DNA of 64,000 nucleotides, taken from contig OW818666.1 of assembly GCA_942493035.1 (NCBI GenBank), positions 3,028,702-3,092,701 on the forward strand, read 5' to 3'. This DNA is from an uncultured Spirochaetota bacterium (lineage in GTDB: Bacteria > Spirochaetota > UBA4802 > UBA5550). Shown one piece after another: positions 8,216 through 17,995 of this stretch. Under the pieces are notes generated by a model that saw only the letters and a program-made list of their open reading frames with translations, was not told the DNA's origin and did not search any database. The position numbers and the translations under genes were made by a program. Position 1 is the first letter of the stretch, and every line of letters starts with the position of its first letter.

Positions 8216-11200
8216 GCTTCAAACTCCAGCACAAACCTCGTCCCTTCGCCACGTTCAATCCTTATACTCCCGCCGATCTGCCCGGTAAGCATACCTGCAA
8301 GCTGCATTCCGAAACCTGTTGAGTTTTCAAAAGTTACCGACGCGGGAAGACCCGCTCCGTTGTCTCCGTAAATCACTGTAACCACATTCTCTTTTCTTTT
8401 TGCAGATATGCTTATAATTCCACTCTCTTTATCATTGAAGGCATACTTTATAGAATTGGTTATAAACTCGTTTATAATAATCCCGACAGGAGAGAGCATC
8501 TTTGAATTTAATATAAAATCCTCAATGTCAACTTCCGCTTTTATAAAAGCGCGATAAGAAAATAACCCAAGCACTTCACTGATCAAGGGTTCAAGAAAAT
8601 CCTTAATACTCATTTCATTATAATTATCCGACCGGTAGAGTTTATCATAAAGTATCATCATCTTTTTTATACGAAGAGCTGAATCATGAAGTATAGCCTT
8701 ACACTCCTCATCCTTCATTGCATCGGACTGCAGTGTGAGCAGACCGTAGATTGTATTCATATTGTTTTTTACCCGGTGATGGGTCTCTTTGAGAAGTATC
8801 TCTTTTTCACGAAAAAGTAATTTTATTTCATCTTCCACCATTTTCCGTTCAGTAATATCTTCTGCAACACCTTCAAGCCAGTCCTTATCCTTAATATGTT
8901 TTGCCGAGAGACGTATCCATATTATAGATCCATCCTTTCTCCAGAAACGGGCTTCAAAATTAAAAATCTCCCTGTTTTGCTTAAGAAGCGAAATCATTCT
9001 TTTTCTCTCTTCTTTATCAACATACTGTTCAGCTATATTATAATTTACCGCAAGAATAGATTCTCTATTTTCATATCCGGCAAAGCGTGCGAGTGTATCG
9101 TTTGCGTCAAGCATCAGCCCCGATTCAACCTCGGATCTGAACAGCCCTATCTGTGAATTGAGGAAAAGATTTCTATATGTTTCCTCCGCAATTTTGAGAG
9201 CCTCTTCCGCACACTTCAGTTCCGTGATTTCACGAAAGCTTGCAATCCCCCCGACAAGCTGTCCGGAACTGTTGAAGAGAGGAGCTGCATTAACCGACAG
9301 CCATTTTCTTTCACCATCCTTTGCTGCAATCTGATGCTGAAGATCTACTACAATGCGCTGTTCTTTCAAAGCAACAGCAAGTGGAAGCTTGTCTTCAGGA
9401 TATGGATTCCCATATCCATCAATCTGCATCCACTCACGGCTCTGATAATATTTCCCAAGAATATCTTTGCCAATACCAAGAATTGTCTGGGCCGCCTGGT
9501 TTGAGTAAGTGATTTGACCGTTAAGATCAACAGTTACCATGCCATCGACCATTGTCTGCAGCATCGTCTCCAGTTTATTTTCAGATTTCAGAAGCGCATC
9601 CTCGGCCTGCTTCCGCTCGGTTATATCAAGAACAACACCAATCAGACCTGTAATATTTCCGGAGACATCTTTAATACTCCCTTTGTGAAAGACAACATCA
9701 CGGAGCTCCCCCCTGGCATTCTTCACCTGTGATTCGTATACCTGAATTCCCGCCTTTTCAAAAAGCACCGAATCCTGTTTATGATAAATTTCCGCAAGTT
9801 CAAGGGGATTAACATCAAAAACATTTTTACCTATGAGATCCTCTTTTTTCGCCCCGAAAAAAGCTTCAAATGCCTGATTAAATCCGGTATAACGCCCCTG
9901 AAGATCTTTATAAAAAACCGGCACCGGTAAAGACTGAAGTAAAAGACTTAGTGACAGTTCACTCCCCTTCAACGCATCTTCAGTCATCTTCCTTTCAGAA
10001 ATATCAATACCGACTCCAGTGAAATACGTTTTGCCGTCGATAGTAAGTTTTACACCATTAGAGCGAATAAGAAGTTTACCTCCACCCTTTATAAGCAGAT
10101 TTGCCTCTACCTCGCCATAACCGGTCCTGAATACTTCATCTACTGCTGCAGCCACTCTTACTGCATCTTCACCTTCAAACCAGTCCGACATATTCATATG
10201 AGATAACTCTTCCGCTGAATAGCCGGTCATAGTTTCATGTTTCTTATTCCATCGTATAAGGTTGCCATTTTCATCATAGACATAGAGATAACCGGGAATA
10301 CTTTCAAGAAGAGCTTCTATAAAAATCTTTTCACTAAGAATAGCTCTATCCTTTGCCAGAAGATCCTCATTAACTGCTATAAGCTCCTCATTCGCGGCCT
10401 CCATCTCCTCCATGGCGGCGTTCAGCTCTTCATTAGCTGCTTCAAACTCTTCAGTTTTATTTTTAATTTCCACCTCCGCGCGTTTACGTTCGGTGATGTC
10501 GCGAACTATAGCAAGAACCTCCTCATCATCAAGCTTTGCTATTCGAAGATCATATATATGCGGCTCATTATCAATATCCAGTGTATATATATAATTCTGG
10601 ATGTCCCCTGTCTCAATACACTTCCGGAAAAGAGCAAGAAGCTTCTGAACTTCATCGGCCGAAAACAGTACATTTATATTATTACCGATAATTACTTCAG
10701 AAGGTAATGCAAGAGAATCAGAATCTGAACTTCCGGAAAAATCTTTGAAAAATCCCTTACTATCCACAACAAACATCATGTCAGGAATCGTCCGTAGAAT
10801 TGTCTGACTTCGCAGAGATTCCTTTCTCGCCTCTTCGTGAGAGTTGTACAGATCAAACGCCATCTCCATAGACGATTGAAGAACAAAATCGCCGGAGCTC
10901 TTTACCACATAGCCGTAGCGGGTTATATTACGCACCTTCTCCACCATCTCGCGTTCAGAGTGTGATGTATGAAAGACTATAGGTATATTTTTTTCTGCAA
11001 GTATCTGACGGGCAGCCTCTGTGCCGTCAATGCCTTCTCCAAGGTTTATATCCATTAGAATAAGATCAATTTTTTCAACGCCTTCTGTAATCTCAACAGC
11101 CTTTTCACCTGAAGTCGCAGTAATAACTTTATAGCCGAATCTCTGCAGAGCTTTAGAAACTACAATCCCGATTATTGCTTCATCTTCAACGAGAAGTATC

Positions 11201-11223
11201 GTCTTTTGATTTTCATAATTCAT
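8209..11223 (-). CDS. Hybrid sensor kinase: N-terminal receiver, multiple PAS domains, NEEL coiled coil, HisKA_2 and HATPase.
   Basis: 1004 aa. N-terminus MNYENQKTILLVEDEAII...LILMDINLGEGIDGTEAA. Heptads EEFEAANEELNAAMEEMEAANEELIAVNEDL. Several DITERK PAS linkers. H-box ETHHRVKNNMNTIYGLL. G-box DNGAGLP...GFGMQLAG. Confidence 0.85.
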   Translation of the reverse strand: MNYENQKTILLVEDEAIIGIVVSKALQRFGYKVITATSGEKAVEITEGVEKIDLILMDINLGEGIDGTEAARQILAEKNIPIVFHTSHSEREMVEKVRNITRYGYVVKSSGDFVLQSSMEMAFDLYNSHEEARKESLRSQTILRTIPDMMFVVDSKGFFKDFSGSSDSDSLALPSEVIIGNNINVLFSADEVQKLLALFRKCIETGDIQNYIYTLDIDNEPHIYDLRIAKLDDEEVLAIVRDITERKRAEVEIKNKTEEFEAANEELNAAMEEMEAANEELIAVNEDLLAKDRAILSEKIFIEALLESIPGYLYVYDENGNLIRWNKKHETMTGYSAEELSHMNMSDWFEGEDAVRVAAAVDEVFRTGYGEVEANLLIKGGGKLLIRSNGVKLTIDGKTYFTGVGIDISERKMTEDALKGSELSLSLLLQSLPVPVFYKDLQGRYTGFNQAFEAFFGAKKEDLIGKNVFDVNPLELAEIYHKQDSVLFEKAGIQVYESQVKNARGELRDVVFHKGSIKDVSGNITGLIGVVLDITERKQAEDALLKSENKLETMLQTMVDGMVTVDLNGQITYSNQAAQTILGIGKDILGKYYQSREWMQIDGYGNPYPEDKLPLAVALKEQRIVVDLQHQIAAKDGERKWLSVNAAPLFNSSGQLVGGIASFREITELKCAEEALKIAEETYRNLFLNSQIGLFRSEVESGLMLDANDTLARFAGYENRESILAVNYNIAEQYVDKEERKRMISLLKQNREIFNFEARFWRKDGSIIWIRLSAKHIKDKDWLEGVAEDITERKMVEDEIKLLFREKEILLKETHHRVKNNMNTIYGLLTLQSDAMKDEECKAILHDSALRIKKMMILYDKLYRSDNYNEMSIKDFLEPLISEVLGLFSYRAFIKAEVDIEDFILNSKMLSPVGIIINEFITNSIKYAFNDKESGIISISAKRKENVVTVIYGDNGAGLPASVTFENSTGFGMQLAGMLTGQIGGSIRIERGEGTRFVLEFEAV

Positions 11224-11262
11224 AGTCTAACTTCCCTGTGCAGCTGATCTTTTAATCCTGAT

Positions 11263-12675
11263 TCAGGCATCATTAAACTCCAGTACAAACCGTGTTCCAT
11301 CGATACGGTCAATTCTTATTCTCCCGCTTAACTGCTGGACAAGCATACTTATTAATTCCAGTCCGAATCCTTTTGAGTTTTCAAAATTTACTGAATCAGG
11401 AATACCAACCCCATTGTCCTGTATCACAATATGAGTACGGTTATCATTTCTTGATGCTTCAACAGTTATAATACCGCTGTCTCTACCGACAAACGCGTAC
11501 TTCATAATATTTGTCAGAAGTTCATTTAAAATAATACCAAGAGGGAAAAGTGTCCCTGCGCTCAGTATAAAATCATCAATATTTTTTTCAATTTTCACAA
11601 TCTGTTTGTTCGGGAAATTACTTATAATTTCATCTACCAGCGATGGAAGGTATTCTTTTACAGAGAGTTCTCTGTAATCAGCAGAACGGTAAAGCTTGTC
11701 GTAGAGCACCATCATGCTATCGACACGGTTTTCCGCATCATGAAGAGCTGCAACAGCTGAAGGATCCTTAAGAGTTTCGGACTGAAGAAAAAGAAGACTT
11801 TTAATTGTATTCATATTATTTTTTATACGATGATGGACTTCTTTCAATATCAGTTCTTTTTCAGCAAGTAGTGATTTTATTTTTTCTTCGGCAATTTTAC
11901 GTTCAGTTATGTCCAGGAATGTAACAACTGCACCAACGACTTGACCTTCACGCAATTGCGGATAAGACCAGTATTCAGCAGGAAAAGATGTTCCGTCGGA
12001 ACGCCAGAGCACTTCGTCATCAACATGTGTACCTGAACCCTGTATAAACGCCTGGAATATACGGCAATCTTCAACCGGAAAAAATTTTCCGTCTGAATGC
12101 TTTCCATGTATCTGCCAATGCATATTTTTTCCAAGCAGTTCATCGGGATGTTTATACCGGAGCATTGTCACACATGAATTATTGCAGAATGTGCAGTTAC
12201 CATCCATGTCAATTCCGTATATAGCTTCAGCTGTGGAATTAAGCACGAGATGAATTTTTTCTTCATTCTTTCGCAACGACTCCTCTGCCTCTCTCCGCTT
12301 ATCCTCATTTTCTATCTCTTTATCAACTCTCCGTATAATCTCAGGAAGCAGATCCATAAAATTTTTATCTTTTACAATATAATCCCTGGCTCCGAGCTTC
12401 ATCATATCAACTGCTATCCTCTCATCACCCTGACCCGTAGAGATAATAAATGACGGCAGACTATGCCCGGCCTGCTTCAGTTCTGTAATAAATTCTTTCG
12501 CGTTCATATCCGGAAGTGTGTAATCGAGAAGCATTAAATGCGCGTTATTTACCGAAAGCCAGTCAACAGCCCCACTCCCTGAATTTACAATTGCAGATTC
12601 ATAACCGCACTCTTCTACTTTATCTCTGATCAATTCAGAGAGACCTTCATCATCATCAACAATAAGAATCATCAT
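11263..12675 (-). CDS. Receiver - PAS - HisKA_2 - HATPase hybrid kinase.
   Basis: 470 aa. Receiver MMILIVDDDEGLSELIRDKVEECGY is near-identical to the receiver of the next gene. The PAS domain carries a Cys cluster GNCTFCNNSC. H-box EVHHRIKNNMNTIKSLL. Confidence 0.85.
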   Translation of the reverse strand: MMILIVDDDEGLSELIRDKVEECGYESAIVNSGSGAVDWLSVNNAHLMLLDYTLPDMNAKEFITELKQAGHSLPSFIISTGQGDERIAVDMMKLGARDYIVKDKNFMDLLPEIIRRVDKEIENEDKRREAEESLRKNEEKIHLVLNSTAEAIYGIDMDGNCTFCNNSCVTMLRYKHPDELLGKNMHWQIHGKHSDGKFFPVEDCRIFQAFIQGSGTHVDDEVLWRSDGTSFPAEYWSYPQLREGQVVGAVVTFLDITERKIAEEKIKSLLAEKELILKEVHHRIKNNMNTIKSLLFLQSETLKDPSAVAALHDAENRVDSMMVLYDKLYRSADYRELSVKEYLPSLVDEIISNFPNKQIVKIEKNIDDFILSAGTLFPLGIILNELLTNIMKYAFVGRDSGIITVEASRNDNRTHIVIQDNGVGIPDSVNFENSKGFGLELISMLVQQLSGRIRIDRIDGTRFVLEFNDA

Positions 12676-12796
12676 CAGTATCTCTCCACTGCATTAAAAC
12701 TATAATCATCTGACTTTCTCAAAAAAAATATCCGTCAAAGCGGTTATGACCGGATTATTATAAATCGTTTTTAATATATTCATCAAAAATCCCGTT

Positions 12797-14074
12797 TCAA
12801 AAATTTATTACAATCATATCTCTTCCGGAATTTTTTGCTTTATAGAGTCTTTTATCTGCGGTCTCTATTAATGAGGCCACAGAAACATCTTCAAGTTCCG
12901 AACTTTCTGAAATACCGCAACTGAATGTAAAACTGATCTCTTTATCCTTATAAATAAACTTTTTATTTCTTACAATATCCAGAATACGCTCAATTTTCAA
13001 ACGCGTCTGATCTTTCCCTGAATTCATTGAAACAATTATAAACTCCTCTCCGCCATAACGGCCCGAAAGATCGTATGGCCGGAGACTGCCGCTGATAATG
13101 TCTGCGAATTCTTTAAGGACAAAATCACCGGCCTGATGACCATGTTTATCATTTACTTTTTTAAAATAATCAATATCTATGATTGAAACCGTAAAATTTT
13201 TCCTCTCCCGCAAAAATTCTGCCACAATCACTTCAAGTCTGTCAAAAATATACCTTCTGTTATATATATTGGTAAGTGGGTCGCGGATAGACATATCCTG
13301 TATCTTTTCATACATCTCTTTTTTTTCCGTGATGTCCATATAGATTCCGAACATTCGAAGAGGTTTATTATCCTTCTGCCATTCAATGACTTTCCCTTTA
13401 TTCAAAACCCATACCCAACGTCCATCTTTATGCTTCATACGGCTTTCAAATTCAAAGTAATCCAGTTCCCCGGCAAAGTGCAGTTTCAGTAATTCATAAG
13501 CGCTCTTTAAATCATCAGGGTGAACATTCTTAAGCCAGGTCTGATTCCGCACAGGCATTAATTCTTCAAGTGTGTATCCTATAATCTCCGCCGAACGTTC
13601 ATTCAAAATCACTTCACCGGTTTGAACATTCCATTCCCATGTGCCGAGCCTGGTACTCTGAATTACATTCTCAAGCCGTTCTTTATGTTCCTTTGCTTTC
13701 TTTTCATTTTCAATTTCCCTGACAACTCTTCTTATAACTTCAGGGAGCAGGTCCAGAAAGTTTTTATCTTTTATAATGTAATCCCTCGCTCCGAGTTTCA
13801 TCATATCAACTGCTATCCGCTCATCACCCTGACCTGTGGAAATAATAAATGATGGTATATATAATCCATTCCCCCGCAGTTCTGTTATAAATTCTTTTGC
13901 GTTCATATCGGGAAGAGTATAGTCAAGAAGCATAAAATATGGAGTATACATTAAAAGCCAGTTCATAGCCTCTGCCGCAGAGTTTACAATTGCAGTTTTA
14001 TATCCGCACTCCTCTACCTTCTCTTTAATCAGGTCAGCAAGACCCGTATCATCTTCAACGATAAGAATTATCAT
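12797..14074 (-). CDS. Response regulator with PAS and GGDEF diguanylate cyclase output (PleD/WspR-like).
   Basis: Receiver MIILIVEDDTGLADLIKEKVEECGY. GGEEF active-site motif, GHQAGDFVLKE and RYGGEEFIIV. Stop overlaps the upstream gene start (14071-14074). Confidence 0.85.
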   Translation of the reverse strand: MIILIVEDDTGLADLIKEKVEECGYKTAIVNSAAEAMNWLLMYTPYFMLLDYTLPDMNAKEFITELRGNGLYIPSFIISTGQGDERIAVDMMKLGARDYIIKDKNFLDLLPEVIRRVVREIENEKKAKEHKERLENVIQSTRLGTWEWNVQTGEVILNERSAEIIGYTLEELMPVRNQTWLKNVHPDDLKSAYELLKLHFAGELDYFEFESRMKHKDGRWVWVLNKGKVIEWQKDNKPLRMFGIYMDITEKKEMYEKIQDMSIRDPLTNIYNRRYIFDRLEVIVAEFLRERKNFTVSIIDIDYFKKVNDKHGHQAGDFVLKEFADIISGSLRPYDLSGRYGGEEFIIVSMNSGKDQTRLKIERILDIVRNKKFIYKDKEISFTFSCGISESSELEDVSVASLIETADKRLYKAKNSGRDMIVINF

Positions 14075-14499
14075 ATCTTCACTATCTGAATAAAAAGTCC
14101 CAGCCGTTTTAAAGTCTCTGTAAACTTTATAAAATCAACAGGCTTGGTGATATACATATTACATCCAAGTTTATAACATTCCTCCACTTCACGCGGATCA
14201 TCAGTAGTTGTCAGCATCATAACCGGGATCTCTTTCAATTCAGGGTTCACTTTCAGTCTTCTTAAAACTTCAAGACCATCCATTTTCGGCATATTAAGAT
14301 CAAGAAGTAAAAGATAACTCTTACTTTTGTCTCTTTCACTTTGTCCGGTTCCGGATAAAAAGCCCCAAACCTCTTCACCATTAGTGAAGCGGATAGTTTT
14401 ATTACAAACTCCTGCATCCGCAAGTCCGTCTTTAATCAACTCGGCATGTCCGTCATCATCTTCCGCGATTAGAATTATCATCTCTTTATAATCCGTCAT
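14071..14499 (-). CDS. Single-domain CheY-like response regulator.
   Basis: 142 aa. IILIAEDDDGHAELI, LLLLDLNMPKMDGLEVL and KPVD. Four-bp ATGA overlap with the downstream GGDEF gene. Confidence 0.8.
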   Translation of the reverse strand: MTDYKEMIILIAEDDDGHAELIKDGLADAGVCNKTIRFTNGEEVWGFLSGTGQSERDKSKSYLLLLDLNMPKMDGLEVLRRLKVNPELKEIPVMMLTTTDDPREVEECYKLGCNMYITKPVDFIKFTETLKRLGLFIQIVKI

Positions 14500-14620
14500 A
14501 TTTATGCCTCGATTTTAATATTAGTCTAAATTAAAATTTATTTCCGGAGTTGAGTACTGTGATTCACCTCACCATATGCAGCCGCCAAACTCATGACTTG
14601 TACCTGCCCGCATCTTAACA

Positions 14621-14738
14621 GCCCCCTAAATCCCCCGGAGGGGGACTTCGTAAAATATCGCAAAATTCATTCATTTTTGACATAATTTTTTCAAAACAAT
14701 GTCTTTTAAGTCCCCCTCCGGGGGGTTGGGGGGCTTAG
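14621..14738. repeat. IR-flanked element. CCCCCGGAGGGGGACTT and AAGTCCCCCTCCGGGGG arms flank a 57-bp AT-rich spacer that contains a TTGACA hexamer.
   Basis: Read directly from the sequence. Same architecture as 24837-24939: GC-rich IR arms of the CCCCCGGAGGGGG type flanking a ~56-bp AT-rich spacer. Confidence 0.5.
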
Positions 14739-14761
14739 TAGTGGGTTTTGAAACTCACCCA

Positions 14762-17680
14762 TTACTCCGTAAACTCAAATCTCTGCAGCTCTACAAAAAA
14801 AGTACTCCCCTTACCCGGTTCAGATTCAACGCGAACTCTTCCATTATGCTTTTCAGCAATCCTTTTAACAATACTTAATCCCAGACCATCCCCTGTATCA
14901 GGCTGACTGGAATCCACCTTATAGAATATATCCCATATTTTTTCAAGATGCCTCTGGTCAATACCGGAACCATTATCCCGCATAGAATATACCACCCTCC
15001 TGTATTCAATACCGGCAGTAATTTCAATTATTAATTGTCTGCTCTTGTCACGATACTTTATTGCATTACCGATTATGTTAGAAAAAAGCTGATTAAGAAG
15101 ATTTTCATCACCATAACAAGGCGGGAGGTCTGATATATTTACAATAGCATTCAATTCAGTTAGTTGAAAATTGTAATTACCTATAATAGTATGTAGCAGC
15201 TGACTGGTATCAATTTTTTTAATGCTCATCAATGTCCGTCCGGTCCGTGACAAATGGAGAAGTCCGGCAAGGAGTGTATCCATTTTCGTTACACTGGCGA
15301 AAATAAATTTAAGTGACTTAGGAATATCCTCATCTATGATATGATCTAAATCAGATTTAATCCCGGGAGATATTGATGAATCAGTAATTATAGTTTTAAT
15401 TGAATCCGCATGTTTTTGCAGACGCCTGCTGAATCCCTGAATATTTACAAGGGGTGATCTCAAGTCGTGAGATGCAATATACAGATAATTCTCAAGCTCT
15501 TCGTTCTTGGCAAAAATCTCATTCTGTATCTCTCTGATACCGGTTATATCCGTGGTAATTGTCGCGAAATTATTTTTTTTCGGGGACACTGCCGACACGG
15601 AAAAATATTTATCCAGCGGTTCAAAATATGTTGTATATTCATACGGAACACCTGTCGTGGCAACCCGTGCATACTCATCGATAAACGGTGCAGTCCCGGT
15701 CTGAAATACGTCAGTAGCAAGTTTTCCTGAAGCATCACTTTTTTCAATTCCGGTAATTGCGGTGAACGCATTATTACAATCGGTTATCCGGTAATTAACC
15801 GCTTCACCTTTCTCATCAAACACCAGTTCATGAAGCACTACCATCTCGGTCATTGAGCTGAAGAGAGTATTCAGTTTCTCTTCACTCTCACGAAGGGCTT
15901 CCTCTACATGTTTGCTCTCTGTGATATCTCTTGCAGTCCCTTCAAATCCTATGACAGTGCCGGATTCATTCCGCAATGGAACTGCACTTGAAGTATGCCA
16001 GCACCACGTCCCATCTAAGTGACATACCCGGTATTCCACACCCTCCTGCCGCTCACCGGTTTCAATCACCTTCTTAAGCCACTCAGCACATGCCGGGACA
16101 TCATCGGGATGAACAAAAGGCACAAAGGACTGACCAACAACCTGATTTAACGGGTGACCAAGGAGTGCTGTCCATGCAGGTGAAACAAAAGTAAATATTC
16201 CATCTGAAGTAAGGGTGTAAATAATATCGTGGCTGTTTTCGACAAGCTGGCGAAACTTCTCCTCACTATCATGCAGGGCTTTCTCTGCCTCCTTGCGTGC
16301 AGTAATGTCAGTAGCAGTAGTAAGATTCATTACTACAATTCCGTTTTCATCTTTGATAGGATTTGCCTTTGCGAGAAAATACATAATTCTGTCGGGCAAT
16401 GGAACTGTAACTTCCAGAGACCGGGCTTCCCCGGTTTCGAAAACCTGTCTGTTAGTTTCCTGCCTGTAATCAGCATGCTCTTTGGGATAAACATCCCAGA
16501 AAGTTTTCCCTATAAAATATTCAGGTTTCTGCCCGAAGGTAGAAGCAAAGACATTATTTGCAAATTGATACTCCCCTTTTTCATTTACGCAGAAGACCAC
16601 ATCACTTGTATTTTCAATAAGTGAACGGTACTTCAATTCACTCTCGCGCAAGGCAGTTTCGATCCTTTTTCGATCACTGATGTCGCGTGTCACACTCATT
16701 ATATGAGGCACACCCTGAATATTAATGATCTTGGCAGATATCAATCCGGTTACCGGAGTGCCGTCTTTACGCTGAAAAACAACCTCTAAGTTTTCGCATA
16801 TACCTCTTTCACGCAAAGCAGAAACTACTTTAAGCCGATCTTCCGGATATTTCCAGAGATTAATTTCAAGTGATGATTTACCTGTTACATCTTTTCGGGT
16901 ATAACCGGTCAGAGTAGAGAATCCTTCATTTACCCGGATAAAAAAACCGTCGTCAATCTGTGTGATCAAAACCGAATCGGGATTAGTGTTGAAAAAAAGT
17001 TCCAGGTTTTCCTTGTCCTCGCTGTTTTCAGAATTCAGCCGCTGATTGAGCATTATTATAAGACCAAATGTCACCAGAATCCCTGAGATAAATAGAAATA
17101 CAAATGAAATCGCCTGCATCATAGCTGGAGTAAATAAGCTTTCTACGGGATCAGCAGCAATTGTTATAATGGAACGAAAAGAAAAGAAACAGCCCTGAGT
17201 AAAAAAAAGTACCGTGTTGAAATTTGCAGAAGCTTCAACAGAAACAGTCTTGTAAAAAAATATACTCCATGCGATGAGAAATGAAACGGCTCCAACGATA
17301 CCATAAATAATTACTGTCCTGGATGTTATATAATCATTAAAGTATGTAAAATAAATAAATGATAAAAGATAAACAGAAAAAATTGAAATAATAAGTCCAC
17401 TATTCTCTTTCTTATCAAAAAACCGCATCACCCCAATATATAAAAAAACTGTTCCCGCCAGGATCAGTGCGTTTGCCAGAATGATTGAAATCATCTTTAC
17501 AGCAATAATACCGCGAAGAAAAAGAAAAATATACCCGGAAGACATTGAGGTAAAACCGAGCAGCCACCATCCAACACCCTTGTAGGCTTCATTAACCCTG
17601 TATTGCAGAAAGAGAGCAATAACCTGTAAAAAATTTGTGATGCTAAGTACAATTACCATGGTGAATATATCAATTTTCAT
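14762..17680 (-). CDS. Membrane sensor histidine kinase of the classic HisKA/HATPase_c type. N-terminal polytopic membrane domain followed by multiple PAS domains.
   Basis: 972 aa. Hydrophobic N-terminal ~200 aa with at least 6 predicted helices. PAS linkers (VTRDISDRKR, TARDITESKHVEEAL). H-box ASHDLRSPLVNIQGF. N-box NAIKY. G-boxes DNGSGI...GDGLGLSIV. Confidence 0.85.
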   Translation of the reverse strand: MKIDIFTMVIVLSITNFLQVIALFLQYRVNEAYKGVGWWLLGFTSMSSGYIFLFLRGIIAVKMISIILANALILAGTVFLYIGVMRFFDKKENSGLIISIFSVYLLSFIYFTYFNDYITSRTVIIYGIVGAVSFLIAWSIFFYKTVSVEASANFNTVLFFTQGCFFSFRSIITIAADPVESLFTPAMMQAISFVFLFISGILVTFGLIIMLNQRLNSENSEDKENLELFFNTNPDSVLITQIDDGFFIRVNEGFSTLTGYTRKDVTGKSSLEINLWKYPEDRLKVVSALRERGICENLEVVFQRKDGTPVTGLISAKIINIQGVPHIMSVTRDISDRKRIETALRESELKYRSLIENTSDVVFCVNEKGEYQFANNVFASTFGQKPEYFIGKTFWDVYPKEHADYRQETNRQVFETGEARSLEVTVPLPDRIMYFLAKANPIKDENGIVVMNLTTATDITARKEAEKALHDSEEKFRQLVENSHDIIYTLTSDGIFTFVSPAWTALLGHPLNQVVGQSFVPFVHPDDVPACAEWLKKVIETGERQEGVEYRVCHLDGTWCWHTSSAVPLRNESGTVIGFEGTARDITESKHVEEALRESEEKLNTLFSSMTEMVVLHELVFDEKGEAVNYRITDCNNAFTAITGIEKSDASGKLATDVFQTGTAPFIDEYARVATTGVPYEYTTYFEPLDKYFSVSAVSPKKNNFATITTDITGIREIQNEIFAKNEELENYLYIASHDLRSPLVNIQGFSRRLQKHADSIKTIITDSSISPGIKSDLDHIIDEDIPKSLKFIFASVTKMDTLLAGLLHLSRTGRTLMSIKKIDTSQLLHTIIGNYNFQLTELNAIVNISDLPPCYGDENLLNQLFSNIIGNAIKYRDKSRQLIIEITAGIEYRRVVYSMRDNGSGIDQRHLEKIWDIFYKVDSSQPDTGDGLGLSIVKRIAEKHNGRVRVESEPGKGSTFFVELQRFEFTE

Positions 17681-17689
17681 TTATTTCTC

Positions 17690-17886
17690 CGGTAGACATT
17701 ATCGATCATTCTGCGTCCCCGCCCCCTCTGGCCCCTGGCCATCTCCCCCTTGATGAGAAGGTGGAGAGAATATAAAATCTTTTCCGTACACCCCTTGCCC
17801 CATCTCATCATGGGCGACGAACAGGATGTTCTAGTGTCGGGTGCGGACAGGACGTCCAAAATGCACCCGACGAAAGGTGCCCGTAG
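17690..17886. repeat. Left part of a GC-rich REP-like composite repeat (family shared with 31596-31940, 32581-32760 and 49135-49215). Truncated by the IS insertion.
   Basis: Contains the CATCTCCCCCTTGATGAGAAGGTGGAGAG module and the 36-nt bulged hairpin 17836-17871, and ends ...CGACGAAAGGTGCCCG. The intact units elsewhere continue GCGGGCGGATAGGGGC, which here resumes at 19341. Confidence 0.6.
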
Positions 17887-17995
17887 GGTTTACTATGCTA
17901 GAACAGAGAGGTTAATTTATTTGAAAATCTAAAAAAGAAGGCTACCTTAGAAGTGCAAAAGAAGTAAAACAAAAATCAACAAAGGAGGTAGCCTT

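Noticed and set aside
11263-12675. Cys cluster GNCTFCNNSC in the PAS domain as a heme-c (CXXCH) site.
   Set aside because: No His follows the second Cys, so it is not a CXXCH motif. It could still be a metal or redox site, but the sequence alone does not support a call.
17750-17932. Small plus-strand ORFs 17750-17932 and 31765-31968 encoding similar peptides (MGDEQDVLVS...TKGARR).
   Set aside because: They are translations of the REP-like repeat. The differences between the two copies are compensatory changes in both arms of a hairpin, which alters amino acids (GAD to SAC, SKM to HKL). Structural constraint is on the nucleic acid, not on a protein.
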